Shown here piece by piece: positions 22,259 to 35,159 of a stretch of DNA of 41,064 bases. The position numbers and the translations under genes were made by a program. The stretch's first letter is position 1; each line of letters opens with the position of its first letter. The stretch is from the NCBI GenBank assembly GCA_032718475.1, contig JAUCBJ010006721.1, forward strand, positions 1 to 41,064, read 5' to 3'. The notes under the pieces were generated by a model that saw only the letters and a program-made list of their open reading frames with translations, made no database searches and was not told the origin of the DNA. Origin of the DNA: Nemertoderma westbladi. Its lineage: Eukaryota; Animalia; Xenacoelomorpha.

Positions 22259-23842
22259 CCTACCCCTACCCACCCTTCCACACACTATTTACCCCCACCG
22301 ACTGCCCGAACCTAACAAACACACCTACCCCTACCCACCCTTCCACACACTATTTACCCCCACCGACTGCCCGAACCTAACAAACACACCTACCCCTACC
22401 CACCCTTCCACACACTATTTACCCCCACCGACTGCCCGAACCTAACAAACACACCTACCCCTACCCACCCTTCCACACACTATTTACCCCCACCGACCGC
22501 CCGAACCTAACAAACACACCTACCCCTACCCACCCTTCCACACACTATTTACCCCCACCGACTGCCCGAACCTAACAAACACACCTACCCCTACCCACCC
22601 TCCCTCCCTCCCACACACTATTTACCCCCACCGACTGCCCGAACCTAACAAACACACCTACCCCTACCCACCCTCCCTCCCTCCCACACACTATTTACCC
22701 CCACCGACCGCCCGAACCTAACAAACACACCTACCCCTACCCACCCTTCCACACACTATTTACCCCCACCGACTGCCCGAACCTAACAAACACACCTACC
22801 CCTACCCACCCTTCCACACACTATTTACCCCCACCGACCGCCCGAACCTAACAAACACACCTACCCCTACCCACCCTTCCACACACTATTTACCCCCACC
22901 GACTGCCCGAACCTAACAAACACACCCACCCTCCCTCCCTCCCACACACTATTTACCCCCACCGACCGCCCGAACCTAACAAACACACCTACCCCTACCC
23001 ACCCTCCCTCCCTCCCACACACTATTTACCCCCACCGACCGCCCGAACCTAACAAACACACCTACCCCTACCCACCCTTCCACACACTATTTACCCCCAC
23101 CGACCGCCCGAACCTAACAAACACACCTACCCCTACCCACCCTTCCACACACTATTTACCCCCACCGACTGCCCGAACCTAACAAACACACCCACCCTCC
23201 CTCCCTCCCACACACTATTTACCCCCACCGACCGCCCGAACCTAACAAACACACCTACCCCTACCCACCCTTCCTCCCTCCCACACACTATTTACCCCCA
23301 CCGACTGCCCGAACCTAACAAACACACCTACCCCTACCCACCCTCCCTCCCTCCCACACACTATTTACCCCCACCGACTGCCCGAACCTAACAAACACAC
23401 CTACCCCTACCCACCCTTCCACACACTATTTACCCCCACCGACTGCCCGAACCTAACAAACACACCTACCCCTACCCACCCTTCCACACACTATTTACCC
23501 CCACCGACTGCCCGAACCTAACAAACACACCTACCCCTACCCTCCCTCCCACACACTATTTACCCCCACCGACTGCCCGAACCTAACAAACACACCTACC
23601 CCTACCCACCCTTCCACACACTATTTACCCCCACCGACTGCCCGAACCTAACAAACACACCTACCCCTACCCACCCTTCCACACACTATTTACCCCCACC
23701 GACTGCCCGAACCTAACAAACACACCTACCCCTACCCACCCTTCCACACACTATTTACCCCCACCGACTGCCCGAACCTAACAAACACACCTACCCCTAC
23801 CCACCCTTCCACACACTATTTACCCCCACCGACTGCCCGAAC
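22259..23842. repeat. 65-bp C-rich minisatellite, ~24 copies
   Basis: Unit cctacccctacccacccttccacacactatttacccccaccgactgcccgaacctaacaaacaca, with ccctccctcc length variants. Confidence 0.97.
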
Positions 23843-26725
23843 AAGATTCTCTTCCCACGACCACCTCCCTAATCCTTCAAACATCTAGGGACTCCATAAC
23901 GTAAAAACATATGGAGTGGGTGTGTGACTCTATTATTTTATATTATTTTATTATTTTTATATTTATGTATGTATTACTATGTAATTTTATTATAATCGTT
24001 TTATTTAATTTAGTAGAATATTATTTAGCGATTATTTTGTAGAATAGTGCAATATATTCGCGTTTATTACTAAATTACGTATATATTATATTTAATGCGA
24101 CGGCAAGAAATAATTCTTTTCCTTCTTCCTTACTGTCCGTATTACATTACAAATACGTAACTACAGTAAGATGAAATGTCTGTACTTATTAAAGTACAAT
24201 AAAGCCACTACTATATTTAAGTATTATTGGTAGGCAGAGTATTAGGAATGCAAAGTTCAGATCCTCGTGTCTCGGCTAAACCAAGCTCTGGGTAGACCTT
24301 GGAAACGACTTGCCTCTTCACACTGACATTGCTTCGTGCGATATTGCTCTCATACCGTATATTAAATAATACATATAGTAGCGTGATGTCCCTTTAACAG
24401 TAGCGTATAACGCAAAATAAATCTGTTAAACCCTTTGACCATCTGTAATTCTAGTCGATTAAGATATCGCGGCACCCACCGATATACTTGAAAGACAAAT
24501 TCTAGAATCAGTGGTTAACGTCCCCAGACAAGTTCTGGAATAAATCGGTGCCCATCTCAAATATTAATTATTTAATATTTGCAAATCTAATAAATCAAAA
24601 TCTGTAAAATTCAGATCCTTCAGCAATTCTAGTCAATTAAGATATCGTAGCATTTACCGATATTCTTAAAAAGACAATTGTCATAGAATTAAGGATCTTG
24701 TGTCCCTAGACATGTTCTAGAATCAAAATATGTCCATTTAATTATCAAATAATAAAATTTCAGGGAATAAATTTAAATTCATGCCTTTTAATGAATTTAA
24801 TAAATTGCCATTTTTACGCAATTTATAAAATTCCCAAAATTCCATTAATTAATAGATCAAGGGAGCGGAGATTTATCTTATTATGCATATGAGTGTGCGA
24901 AAGTCTCCCAAACATAGTCAATAGCCGATAAAATTCATAAAGTCATGTATAAAACAGAACATTGACTATTAAAGAATACTATTAAATAACATCCCAGATC
25001 TGTATGCATTGGAATCACCCTAATTCTACCGCTAGCTTTGCATAATGTCACCATAGCAACAACCACGCTAGAATTAGAATTGAGTTAAAAGAACAATAGA
25101 AAGCTTGTCCCATTAAATAGCATAGGGAATAAATAGCGCACTACTAGTATCCAAGGATACATAATAATACAGTGACATTCTGGAAGGCATTGACTAACGG
25201 ACAAGTGACCCGAGTGTGTGTAATTTGTGACAAGTTGTGTGTGTGGTACTTGTGAGTTTATAGGCGAATGTTACTACTAAGGTGTGTTTACAGTAGCTAG
25301 TCGCAATCGTAAAAGTAACCTAACTCTCCAAGGAAAACCTGAAGTACATCTAAGTCTTTGGGACGGACAGTCGAGTGACTTGTGTCGGTTGTCGTTGTCG
25401 TTGTGCGGCTACGTCGTTGGCGAAAGTACAGCGGCGACGACACATCGGCGCTGAGGATCTCGTACTGTCCGGGGGTTAATTGGAGTAGGCAGCGACGCTC
25501 GCTAGCCTGAATATAAACTCCTTATAATGTGGATAAACTCATATATAGCAGACATGACGGAGTTGATGGAAGATGTTCTTGGTATCGGGGAGCGATATAC
25601 TCTACTTTTGCACGCGTTTGTTGATAGCTTAATACGCGGCGACGTTAGTCCAACTGCTGCGGAGGACGATGGTCGTTATATCGAACCGCCAATGTCCCAA
25701 GAGCAGCTCGCGCGCGAGTTGGACTATAGAAAATTCGCTGCTCGATATACGCAGCGTAATGGTACGTATATGGTCTTCTTAACCACTGGTCATCCTATCG
25801 ATTTACACAATACTGACTATGTCGACTATATATCCTGCCCAGCGGAGTCGGAACCATAAACTGAAATCCGAATGCGAAAATTCTATTCGAAATCGACTCG
25901 AAAGAAAAGGCACTAAAGAAACAAATAAACGCGGTAACTCCAACGTATATTTGGAATTCTTGATAGAATCATTGTAACTACAAATAAATATCATCCGCGT
26001 TTCCCCTACCAGACGTGCGTCTTGGGTATTATTACGGTAAATGCCCTAGACCCAGCCAATAAACGGAAAGACATAAACATCCACGGAAACGTTGTGTTAA
26101 ATACAGTTGTGTTCGTTATATTTACTGGAGTTTCGAGCGAAACTTGTTTGACGTATCACCTATGCTCACTCGGCTCTAACGATCCTAGAGTAAACCTACG
26201 ATCAGAGTCCCGGAATACTCGGTCAAACCTCCTCATTCCTTAGTTGGACCTCAGACCTGCGATCCTGGTGGTGTCGCGGATCCTCGCGGACGGTATTCAC
26301 TGTTCAAAGATCTAGTGCTACCCTAACAATTAATCGGTAACACTCCGACAGTGATTTCTAGCTAGCCGCCCATCTTACCTAGCCGGATTGTGACGCGGAC
26401 ACCTAATATCACTATCCAACCGTATGGTCGTCCCCGTTTAACGCGATACAACCCCTCATTAAGGTGAAGGAGAGCTTTGTACGAAACGAGTTAAACGCTA
26501 TTTTATAAAGATCCAAAAAAGAAACCTGCGTTTGTTCAGATAAACGTAAGTTATCACAGTAAGTCCAATCGATAAACGAATTGGCCTTATCTCGGTTCGA
26601 TTGGGAAATCTCGAATCTCTAAGAAGATATCAAGCTTAGAAAACCCTATTCTCTGCGAGAGTTTTGGACGAACATATCCCATGACAAGCGGAGGAAAATC
26701 AGCTCGAGGAGAAGCATATCGAAAC
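23843..26725 (+). mobile_element. Degenerate partial copy of the BEL/Pao-related element (integrase tail, PPT, LTR, leader, ORF1/ORF2 remnants)
   Basis: Reverse-complement similarity to ~38000-41040. ggagtggg|TG at 23921. ORF 25527-25859 is homologous to 38776-39351. Confidence 0.85.
25527..25859 (+). pseudogene. Truncated ORF1 of the element
   Basis: EDDGRYIEPPMSQEQLARELDYRKF is shared with ORF 38776-39351. Confidence 0.8.
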
Positions 26726-27337
26726 GGCAGATACCTCGACCACAATCCTACACCTTCTGATGCAATCATATTGCACCCTTCACCCAGGAGTTATGGCCCT
26801 CCTAGTAAAGTGGCTCCCCCCAAAGAGAAAAGACTCTTGCTAGCCTCAAAAAACTGCGTAAACGCCGTCTGCGTAAGAAAGACTAACTGTTTAGAGTATC
26901 TTTATGTTTTAGAAACTGTGATTTTTATATTTTATAGACTGAAAATCCCATTTTCTGGGAGCGGTGTAAAAGCCTTTGCTGAATTGCCCCGTTATTTTTA
27001 TTATCTTTTACATTAAAATACTCTGTAGTTGATTTAATAAGTGTAAGAGACCGTATTATTGCTGTATCGGTGTTTTTAGAGGATCTAAGACCTATTTCCT
27101 CCGTATGTGTACTGTGAAAGGCATATTTTGTGGTTCTATGGCAATTCGTGACGCAAAGGGGTGATAGCTACTCTTGAACAGTAGTTACTATGACTACGGT
27201 TAACAGCTGACATTCATACGTGTTGATTTCCTTTGTTCTACGGCGTCTCTCAGTTCAGTCAGCCAATGAGAGCGTTTTTGTGGCTCCTTGTACAGAAAAT
27301 TTCCGAGAAATGACGCAATGCCTATGTGCAGTGTTTA

Positions 27338-28197
27338 CATTCAGTCTTGAGCCAAAGAAAGAACGGCTTGAAAGTATTTTGTGCTGTACTGCTTTTTAGT
27401 CGTACACTAGTAGGTTTAATTATAAAGGGCATATATCCTTTAACGCATCTAATGACTACTGATAACTTATCATACATCCTGACTGCTGAAACATTGCAAA
27501 CTCATAACAATCAGTGTTCAGTTGTTGTGTTATACTGCTATTTACTGTCATTTCTTCATAATATGGTTGATGAATTATTATATTTGGAATAACGATAAAT
27601 CACCCCGAAACCCAATATTCTTGATATACCGAAGGTAAGAGAGAAAGGTTACCAATAACGATTGTGACTTATGTTAAAGTGGTTTGAAGTGAATCCAATG
27701 TTATTTGATAGACCCTACATGAGTCAGCCTGTGTTCCTTTTATATGTGACTAAAATCAGTGAAGATTGGCAGATTAGTGTGCAGTATTGTGCAGCATTGT
27801 GTATGAGTGAGTCTGTTAAAGAAGCATTCCTAAAGAATGCGCCATATATGTGAATTATAATTAAGCCATATCGTTGTGAGTAGTTTAAGTCATAACTCTG
27901 TTTATGTAGATAAAGCGCCACGTCCTAAAGGAACTGTTAATATTACCGAAGGTGAATAATATTGTCAGAGATTATATAATACTGTCAGTCGAATAATACA
28001 TTAGGCTTACATAGCAATAAAAATTAAACCGTCGAACCCAATCTCCCGGGAATATCCAGCGGGTGAATGGTCGCGCACGGATTGGTTTCGACTAGTGTAG
28101 TGAATCAAATACTTGTCATAGACTAAAAAGCGATTTATTATCTAGAAGACATTCTAATTTGGCGGGTTAAACTGCCAAAGGTCTGAAAGCGCGAACA
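27338..28197 (+). repeat. Uninterrupted paralog of 1-107 plus 1772-2454
   Basis: Direct sequence match. Confidence 0.95.
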
Positions 28198-28360
28198 CGA
28201 GCTGTACTAATTAATTTATTGTTTTGGTTAGATTCCAGATTCAGCCCTTACATGCTTACACCTTATGTAACCTAGCATTCTTCACAAGGGGTGAACAGGT
28301 ACAGAGGTAGACATAAGCTGCAAAGTGAAATTCTGATATTCTGATATACTTACAAACTCA

Positions 28361-30672
28361 CCCTGCACCATCAACCATGGCGCGGGAAATTCAAATGATT
28401 AAAAGACATGTAATTTGTACTGGAAAAGGTGGCAGATCAGATCTGCCACCTATATTTTGGCGGTAAATTCAAATCTGCTTTAACATTGAATACATGAATA
28501 GAGTAAGACTAATGTAATTCATTGTATCAGAATAAATTATTTCTTATCGGTTTAACTCACTCATCCATTATTGTTGTTGTTTTATCTTATTCTGCTGTTC
28601 TGGGACTTCGAGCAGCACGTGAACAACTAAACCAGCACGTTAACTAGTCTGGGGCTTAGAGCAGCACACTGTCACACGAACAACTAAACTGCCTGGTTAC
28701 CTATAGTCTGGGACTTCGAGCAGCGCGTGAACAACTAAGCTGACTGGTTAACTAGTCTGGGACTTCGAGCAAAATTGCAAATTGAGGAGGGTGGATTAGG
28801 GGATTTGTCTTAACTTCTATCAGTAAAATATAAAGGCCATTTATTATTTGCTTGTACCACTCTGCCATTTATTATAATTACATCAGAACATTCTAATTAT
28901 AACAATTATACACTTATACAGTATATTAATAGTAGATTTAATGTAGATAAATAATGGGATAGAAAGGCGCAGTCAATTGATATATTTTTGGCGGTTAATT
29001 CTAATTACAGAATTATCATATTTCCATTTCAAACTGTACACAGTGTGATACAGTATGTACGTGGGTACGTACTAAAAGGTCAAGGAGCTAGAGCAATAGA
29101 CTTCATACTGTAAATTTCTTACTGTAGTGTAGTAGCTACTGCATGTGCAGTAGGCATACATACATTATTATCTCTTATTTAGGCCTACTAAGAAATATTG
29201 CGTAGTGTAATTCATAAGAAATATAAACAGCTGTAGAGCAGAGAACTGATAGTAAAATATATCGCAGGTAGGCCTACTGTAATCAGGTAATAACAATACG
29301 TGTATAATGCCTATACTGCTATATCTGCCACTGTCCCAGACAAGTACCAGAATAGTTAACCAGTCGCAGCTTAGTTGTTCGTGTGCTGCTCGAAGTCCCA
29401 GACTAGGTAACCACCCAGTTTAGTTGTTCACGTGCTTCCCGAACCCCATACTAGTTAACGTGCTGGTTTAGTTGTTCACGTGCTGCTCGAAATCCCAGAC
29501 TACAGGACTAGGTATAACCAGCCAGTTTAGTTGTTCATGTGCTGGCTGCTCGAAGTCCCAGAATACAGTAGTTAAAACAACAACAATGACGGATGCTGGG
29601 ATGAGTGAATTAAACCGATAAAAAATGATTTATTCTGATTCAATGAATTACATTAGTCTTACTCTATTCATGTATTCAATGTTAAAACAGATTTGAATTT
29701 ACCGCCAAAATATAGGTGGCAGATGTGATCTGCCACCAAGGTGTACTAAATAACAGGTCATTTCTGTATTTGCGGATTTCTGAAATTAGCGTGGGCCGAT
29801 GCTTTCCCTATTTATGGCACTTGTTTCAGAATATTTCCTTAGGATCTTCTTGTATGCTACTTTTGTTAGGTGGCTATAATGACTAGGGTTTATAGAAATG
29901 TAATAAAAAGTGTATCTGGAATTTTTATCTCATAGTTGCCAAGGTAACCGGGTGCAAAGTTCAAACTTTGCGCGCCTGTAATTCAAGACGACGAGGGATT
30001 ATGTTCTTGTGATTTGGGAGGTGAGTAAAGGGAATAAAAGTCTATCAGAATATTTTACATTAATTTTTTTTTTCAATCCCGTTTCCATGGTGATGGTTAT
30101 TACGATAATTTCCCATTATGACCGCCAGTGAGAAATTTGGCTACTATTTACTATTTATTTAATTTGCACCTGACATGCCGGCTGGCTGTCCTTTGTTTCT
30201 AATAATTGCAAACCGAAATTTAATATTCTGGAATGGAAAAATCATGCTAACAAATAACATGTATGTAAACAAATTCAAATGTAATATATTTTGATAGACT
30301 TTTATTCCCTTTACTCACCTACCAAATCTCAAGAACAGAATCCCTCGTCGTCTTAAATTACAGGCGCGCAAAGTTTGAACTTTGCACCTGGTTACCTTGG
30401 CAACTACAATCTAAAAATTCCAGAAATACTTTTTATTAAATTTCCATGAATCCTAGTCATCATACCCACCTAACAAAAGTAGCACATAAAGAAGTTTCTA
30501 AGGAAATATTATGAAAAAAGTGCCATAAATAGGGAAAAGATCGGCCCATGCTAATTTCAGCAATCCGCTCGCTGCATGACCTGTTATTTACATAGTGCAC
30601 CTTGTCTGCCACCCTTTCCAGTAAAATTCCATGTCTTTCAATCATTTGAATTTTCCGCGCTATGGAGCAGGG
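28361..30672. mobile_element. Foldback element with ~400-bp inverted arms (28361-28770 versus 29350-29736 plus 30605-30672) and internal subrepeats
   Basis: Arms are reverse complements. The subrepeat ctgggacttcgagcagcacgtgaacaactaa occurs several times per arm. The right arm is split by a nested MITE. No clear TSD. Confidence 0.8.
29737..30604. mobile_element. MITE with ~310-bp TIRs and an 8-bp TSD, probably P superfamily
   Basis: CAAGGTGtactaaataacaggtca...tgacctgttatttacatagtgCACCTTG. TSD TCTGCCAC at 29729-29736 and 30605-30612. Confidence 0.85.
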
Positions 30673-31620
30673 ACCTTTTAGGGACTCTTATACAAGGTCC
30701 ATGAAGAGCAGAACTAGAACTTGGTAATTAATATACAGTAGGTTTACAGTATGACAGTATGACCCAGTACAGCAGTATCCTGGTATCAGAGTATACCGGC
30801 TGACCGGTAAAAAACGGTTTGTTATGGCAGTATGGTATTTTGTATTTAACTCTAGGCCTAGAACTAACTACAAACTGACATAGGCTCCTAACCTACAGTA
30901 TGCCTAAAAGTACAGACTCAGAAGTGAAAGTGTTTGAGTCTGTACTCCCAGATACTGATAAACCAAACCGCCACGGTTCAGTTCCGTTATGAAGATGCTT
31001 GGTGCATTCACTGGTGATAAAGCACCGCCGGGTGCTGTCCTCATGGCACAACCACCAGGCCAGCGCAATCCACACACTCCCATATTTCCGGTGACTGTAT
31101 CAGGGTCTATAAAATTCGGTAGCAGATGTAGCCACTTCTGAAGTTCCGTTGGGTCCTTGGGAAATCTGTGTATTGTTTGTTACCTTGGGATTGGGACCGG
31201 GACCAGTATTATCTTCCTTCAGTGGGTTTGTACCCCGTACGACAACCAGCAACACTACACTTTCTCCCCATCTTTCTTCACGAATAGTGTGACGCTGAGG
31301 ACCCGAGTGTGGTCCTAGTAACAATAGGCGGGCTTCTGATATATGTATTAGGCTTGTACAGTACAATGTATTTAAGGTGTTCCTCTTTGTGTTTTGACAA
31401 ATATTTTACTTAATTATCGTACAATAACAACATTACGTTGCATCCAATGTTTCTAGCATTTATATGTAGAGTAGCCTACTCTAGCAAATAGCTAGTCACA
31501 CAACCAACATTTATAAAACACGGGTGTCGCATTTACTAATCAACTCTATGGAATTCTGGAATTGTATTATACAGTAGAAACGAGTACTATACAGTACTGT
31601 AGGTACGCTATTGCTTAGTT

Positions 31621-31679
31621 AGGCCCCCGCTAATTTCAATACCCCTCTCGCTGCATGACCTGTTATTTAGTACACCTTG
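31621..31679. repeat. Solo terminus of the same MITE family
   Basis: gctaatttca...ctcgctgcatgacctgttatttagtacaccttg matches 30550-30604. Confidence 0.8.
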
Positions 31680-31846
31680 ATGGACACACACATATTTGGC
31701 ACTGTATGTAATTGTTCGAAATTTTCAACTGTTGTCATTGTAACAAATAATAGTTTCGAATAGTTTCCAGGTAGTTTTCTTCTATTTGCCTATTTCAATT
31801 ATTAACTATAGCTAAATTCCAAGTTTCTTTAATAAAACTGTTTGTC

Positions 31847-32800
31847 ATGGAAGATACAGACCTTATCAAGTCATATACCCGGCGTGATGACACTGGAAGT
31901 TGTACCAGTATGGAGATCAGTGGTCTACTTAATATCCAATGTCATAAAGTTGTCACCATCATGATGACTTTGTACAGCGACTGTTCGAGTACCATCTTGA
32001 ACGGTAATAAGCGACGCAAACCTCATACTCGAGTGATGTTTAAGAAAGTCCGAATTGTATCCATTGCGGAGATGCTTCTTAACGTAAAGACGGTGGTTGT
32101 TTGTGCAACAAGAATTGAACTAAATCAAGGGATACTTCCCGCTCTTTCAGGGGTGCGGAACATTGTAAATCATGACACTGACATCGCCGAGCTAAAGATC
32201 GGGTATAATAGTCGCTTATCAGCTGTCATTGTTTGCGCCAGGATTGCGTTCCCATCGTCGTGGAGAGCCTATGGGGCCTCCAAACACCTCGTTGAACGGT
32301 TTACTGATGCGACTCAGTTCATGAAAATTGGCCACTGTGCCGCTTTACATGATGATGGAACCATTGTTGTCCTGGGAGCAGAAACCCGAGAATTGTTCAT
32401 AAGCAACGTCGTTTGCTATGATAAATACAATACGAATACCAACGAACCTGAGAGATGGATTCTACGTAATGGCCTACCTTCTGTACAAGTCACGGATATT
32501 TCCCACGCATTCAATACAGAGGTCCCTGGAATTCAACTAGTCAGAGAGCCGATCACATGTGTGAGGCAAAGAATTTATCGACCACACGAAACGAGCTGTG
32601 CTTATGATTTCGAAACGGTGGGAGTGCTTGAGGGGTTAACAGCAAAGAACTTCATTGGGAATAATGGTCGGGAGGTGTCTACAATACATGTGGTGTCGGA
32701 CCACCTCCTTGATCCTCAATTCTTGAGTAGGGACATCGCCTCTGGGTTCCAGAATCTTGTTGTGTTTTTGAGATTTTTGTTTAACAGAATAGAGGAATAG
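31847..32800 (+). CDS. Hypothetical protein, 317 aa
   Basis: Long intronless ATG ORF, more GC-rich than its flanks. No motif recognised. Confidence 0.55.
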   Translation: MEDTDLIKSYTRRDDTGSCTSMEISGLLNIQCHKVVTIMMTLYSDCSSTILNGNKRRKPHTRVMFKKVRIVSIAEMLLNVKTVVVCATRIELNQGILPALSGVRNIVNHDTDIAELKIGYNSRLSAVIVCARIAFPSSWRAYGASKHLVERFTDATQFMKIGHCAALHDDGTIVVLGAETRELFISNVVCYDKYNTNTNEPERWILRNGLPSVQVTDISHAFNTEVPGIQLVREPITCVRQRIYRPHETSCAYDFETVGVLEGLTAKNFIGNNGREVSTIHVVSDHLLDPQFLSRDIASGFQNLVVFLRFLFNRIEE

Positions 32801-32819
32801 GTAAGAATATTTATTTTCG

Positions 32820-33229
32820 CCAAAATATAGCAAGAAATAGCAAGATTATTCATAATTTTCTCACTGTACGGTATGTACGCAAAGAAAAAATGAAGCAAAA
32901 AGCAAGGTCTGTCTGGTCTAGTGGTCTTTATTGTAATAAATAGCAACCAACACTTAGTTGGTGTGATGATAATTATATGATACACCTTCACTGAAAAGAG
33001 TGAAATTAGTGAAAGAATGTCAAAAATAAACACCCAAAAGAACACTTTTTTGATAACTGCGGCGAGAAACAGCATGGTTTCTGTCAGGCTTGAAAAATAG
33101 CAAGAAATAGCAAGGTTTTTTTCAAATAACGCAAGAAATCCCTCATCACACAAGGTCAGATTTTTTTCACGCAAGACAACTTAAAATATAGCAAGAGCTT
33201 GCGTGAAAATAGCAAGGTTGGCAACACTG
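32820..33229. mobile_element. One end of a hAT-like DNA transposon
   Basis: Terminal gttggcaacactg (reverse complement CAGTGTTGCCAAC) with repeated subterminal TAGCAAG motifs. No partner TIR seen. Confidence 0.5.
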
Positions 33230-33533
33230 GCTAGCTGGGTAGTCCAGGTAGCTCAAAATGACAAAGCTCATTCCCACAATGGGGCCTGGGCCAATAGTGG
33301 CCTGGCAGCCACGGTGATTGGTCTGAAGACCTCAATGAGTCCGTTGATATAAGTAGATTGGTCATTAACATATATTAATTATATTATTATTTTTTTATTA
33401 ATTATTACTTATTAATAGCTGTCTACTTTTATAAACATCCGGGAACTACACATTTTTTCCCCTGGAGCAGTTCACAAATTAAATATTGTAAACTTCATAA
33501 TTGGTAAATTTTACAAATGAATTTGTGTCCTTT

Positions 33534-34219
33534 ATGAATTTGTGTCCATTATTTGTGAAAGTTTACAAATTAATTTTTTGGTGTAGTTTCTAATATGTGT
33601 CAGTGTGGTATTATTGTTATGTGGTATTGTTATGTTATGTGGTTATTATAGTTGAAACTTTATGGTAGTTTTCAGCAATTTGTCAATCTGGTAAACATAG
33701 TACAGAGTTTAAATATAGTAGAGAAGCTTATTTCAAATCTTGCATCAGACAGTATCAAGGACTACAATTTTGTAGAATTCCAGATCATTTATTGAGAGAG
33801 ATAACAAAAAAATTTCAAGAGAACAATCTATTGGTTGAGGATTCTGAAAATAGGTATTCTTCTATAACAAGAAAAGATATAACAAGATGTTTAAAAGAAA
33901 TAAATTATGCTAAACATTACAAGAATGCTAATTTTATCTATCAAGTTATTACTAATAATCAAATAGACAATATTAGTCATTTAGAAACAAAACTCTTATG
34001 TGATTTAATAGATTCATTGTGGTATATAATACACTACATATACAACGCAAGAACTTTCTCAGTTTACAGTACTTATTGTTTCAGTTTCTATGTAGGCCTG
34101 AACACCCCTGCAATATTGCAAATTTTACTATATTAAAAACAGAAAATGTTAAAGAGTTTCACAATAATATTTGCAAAATAATTTTTAAAATCTTAGGTTG
34201 GAAATTTACACCTATTTAA
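33534..34219 (+). pseudogene. NCLDV late transcription factor VLTF3 (poxvirus A2-like), frameshifted
   Basis: YSREAYFKSCIRQYQG...ITRKDITRCLKEINYAKHYKNANFIY...DNISHLETKLL, then after a frameshift RKNFLSLQYLLFQFL...HPC...FTILKT...FHNNICKIIFKILGWKFTPI. Upstream Cys cluster. Confidence 0.8.
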
Positions 34220-34251
34220 TATGATTTAAATATTATATTATATTAATATTG

Positions 34252-34478
34252 TAAACTATATAGAATGCAAGTCATTATAAAAAAATTACTTTAATTAACT
34301 TTCAATACCTCGGAGGTTTGTGTATTTGATAAACTTGCCATTTTATATATATTTTATTTCTTTAAATCAATTATTTATAGATTACATCTTACTTCTAACA
34401 TTAACCTTTGATCCCAAGATTAAACTATATAGAATGCAAGTCATTATAAAAATTACTTTAATTAACTTTCAATACCTC
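34252..34478 (+). repeat. Local direct repeat of ~58 bp (34252-34310 and 34421-34478)
   Basis: taaactatatagaatgcaagtcattataaaa..ttactttaattaactttcaatacctc occurs twice. Confidence 0.85.
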
Positions 34479-34737
34479 ATGACCTTTGGTAAAGTGCTCA
34501 TGGCATGAGCACTTGAATATCAATATAAATCATATATTGAGGAGGTTTCAATACCTTAGTTTCCAAACCAAAACCTACTCATACATTCTCATTTTTTTAT
34601 CTACAATGACCTTTGATCAGCGTATGAGAACCTATTATTTGTTTAATATATATTGAAATAGCTCCACGTGCATTATATGGAGTAAATTTTAACCAGGGGG
34701 TAGTTGGTGTTCTCATTCATTGGTTTTCTATACTACT

Positions 34738-35143
34738 GGCAAGTCGTTTCCAAGGTCTACCCAGAGCTTGGTTTAGCCGAGACACGAGGATCTGAACTTT
34801 GCATTCCTAATACTCTACTTACCAATAATACTTGAGTATAGTAGGAGCTTTATTGTACTTTAATAAGTACGGACATTTCATCTTACTGTAGTTACGTATT
34901 TATAATATGATACGGACAGTAAGGAAAGAGAAAAATAATTATTTCTCGCCGTTGCACTAAATATATAATGTAAGTAATTAAGAAATAAACACGAATATAT
35001 ATAATGCACTAATCTACTGAATAATCGCTAAATAACATTCTACTAAATAAAATTAAAGAAAACGATTATAATAAAATTACATAATAATACATACATAAAT
35101 ATAAAAATAATAAAAAACAGATATAAAATAATGTAGTCACACA
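34738..35143 (-). repeat. Putative 3' LTR (may be truncated)
   Basis: Starts TG just after the integrase stop and ggagtggg; contains AATAAA. Confidence 0.7.
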
Positions 35144-35159
35144 CCCACTCCAGACGCTG

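Noticed and set aside
26950-27340. Possible second PPT and LTR start (gggagcgg|TGTAAAA)
   Set aside because: No second copy in the window to confirm an LTR.
30893-31366. Two short minus-strand ORFs in a GC-richer patch
   Set aside because: They could be exon relics, but no motif or clear splice structure supports a call.
32716-33174. 152-aa minus-strand ORF
   Set aside because: It runs through TAGCAAG subterminal repeats; its repeated NLAISCY peptide is a by-product of those repeats.
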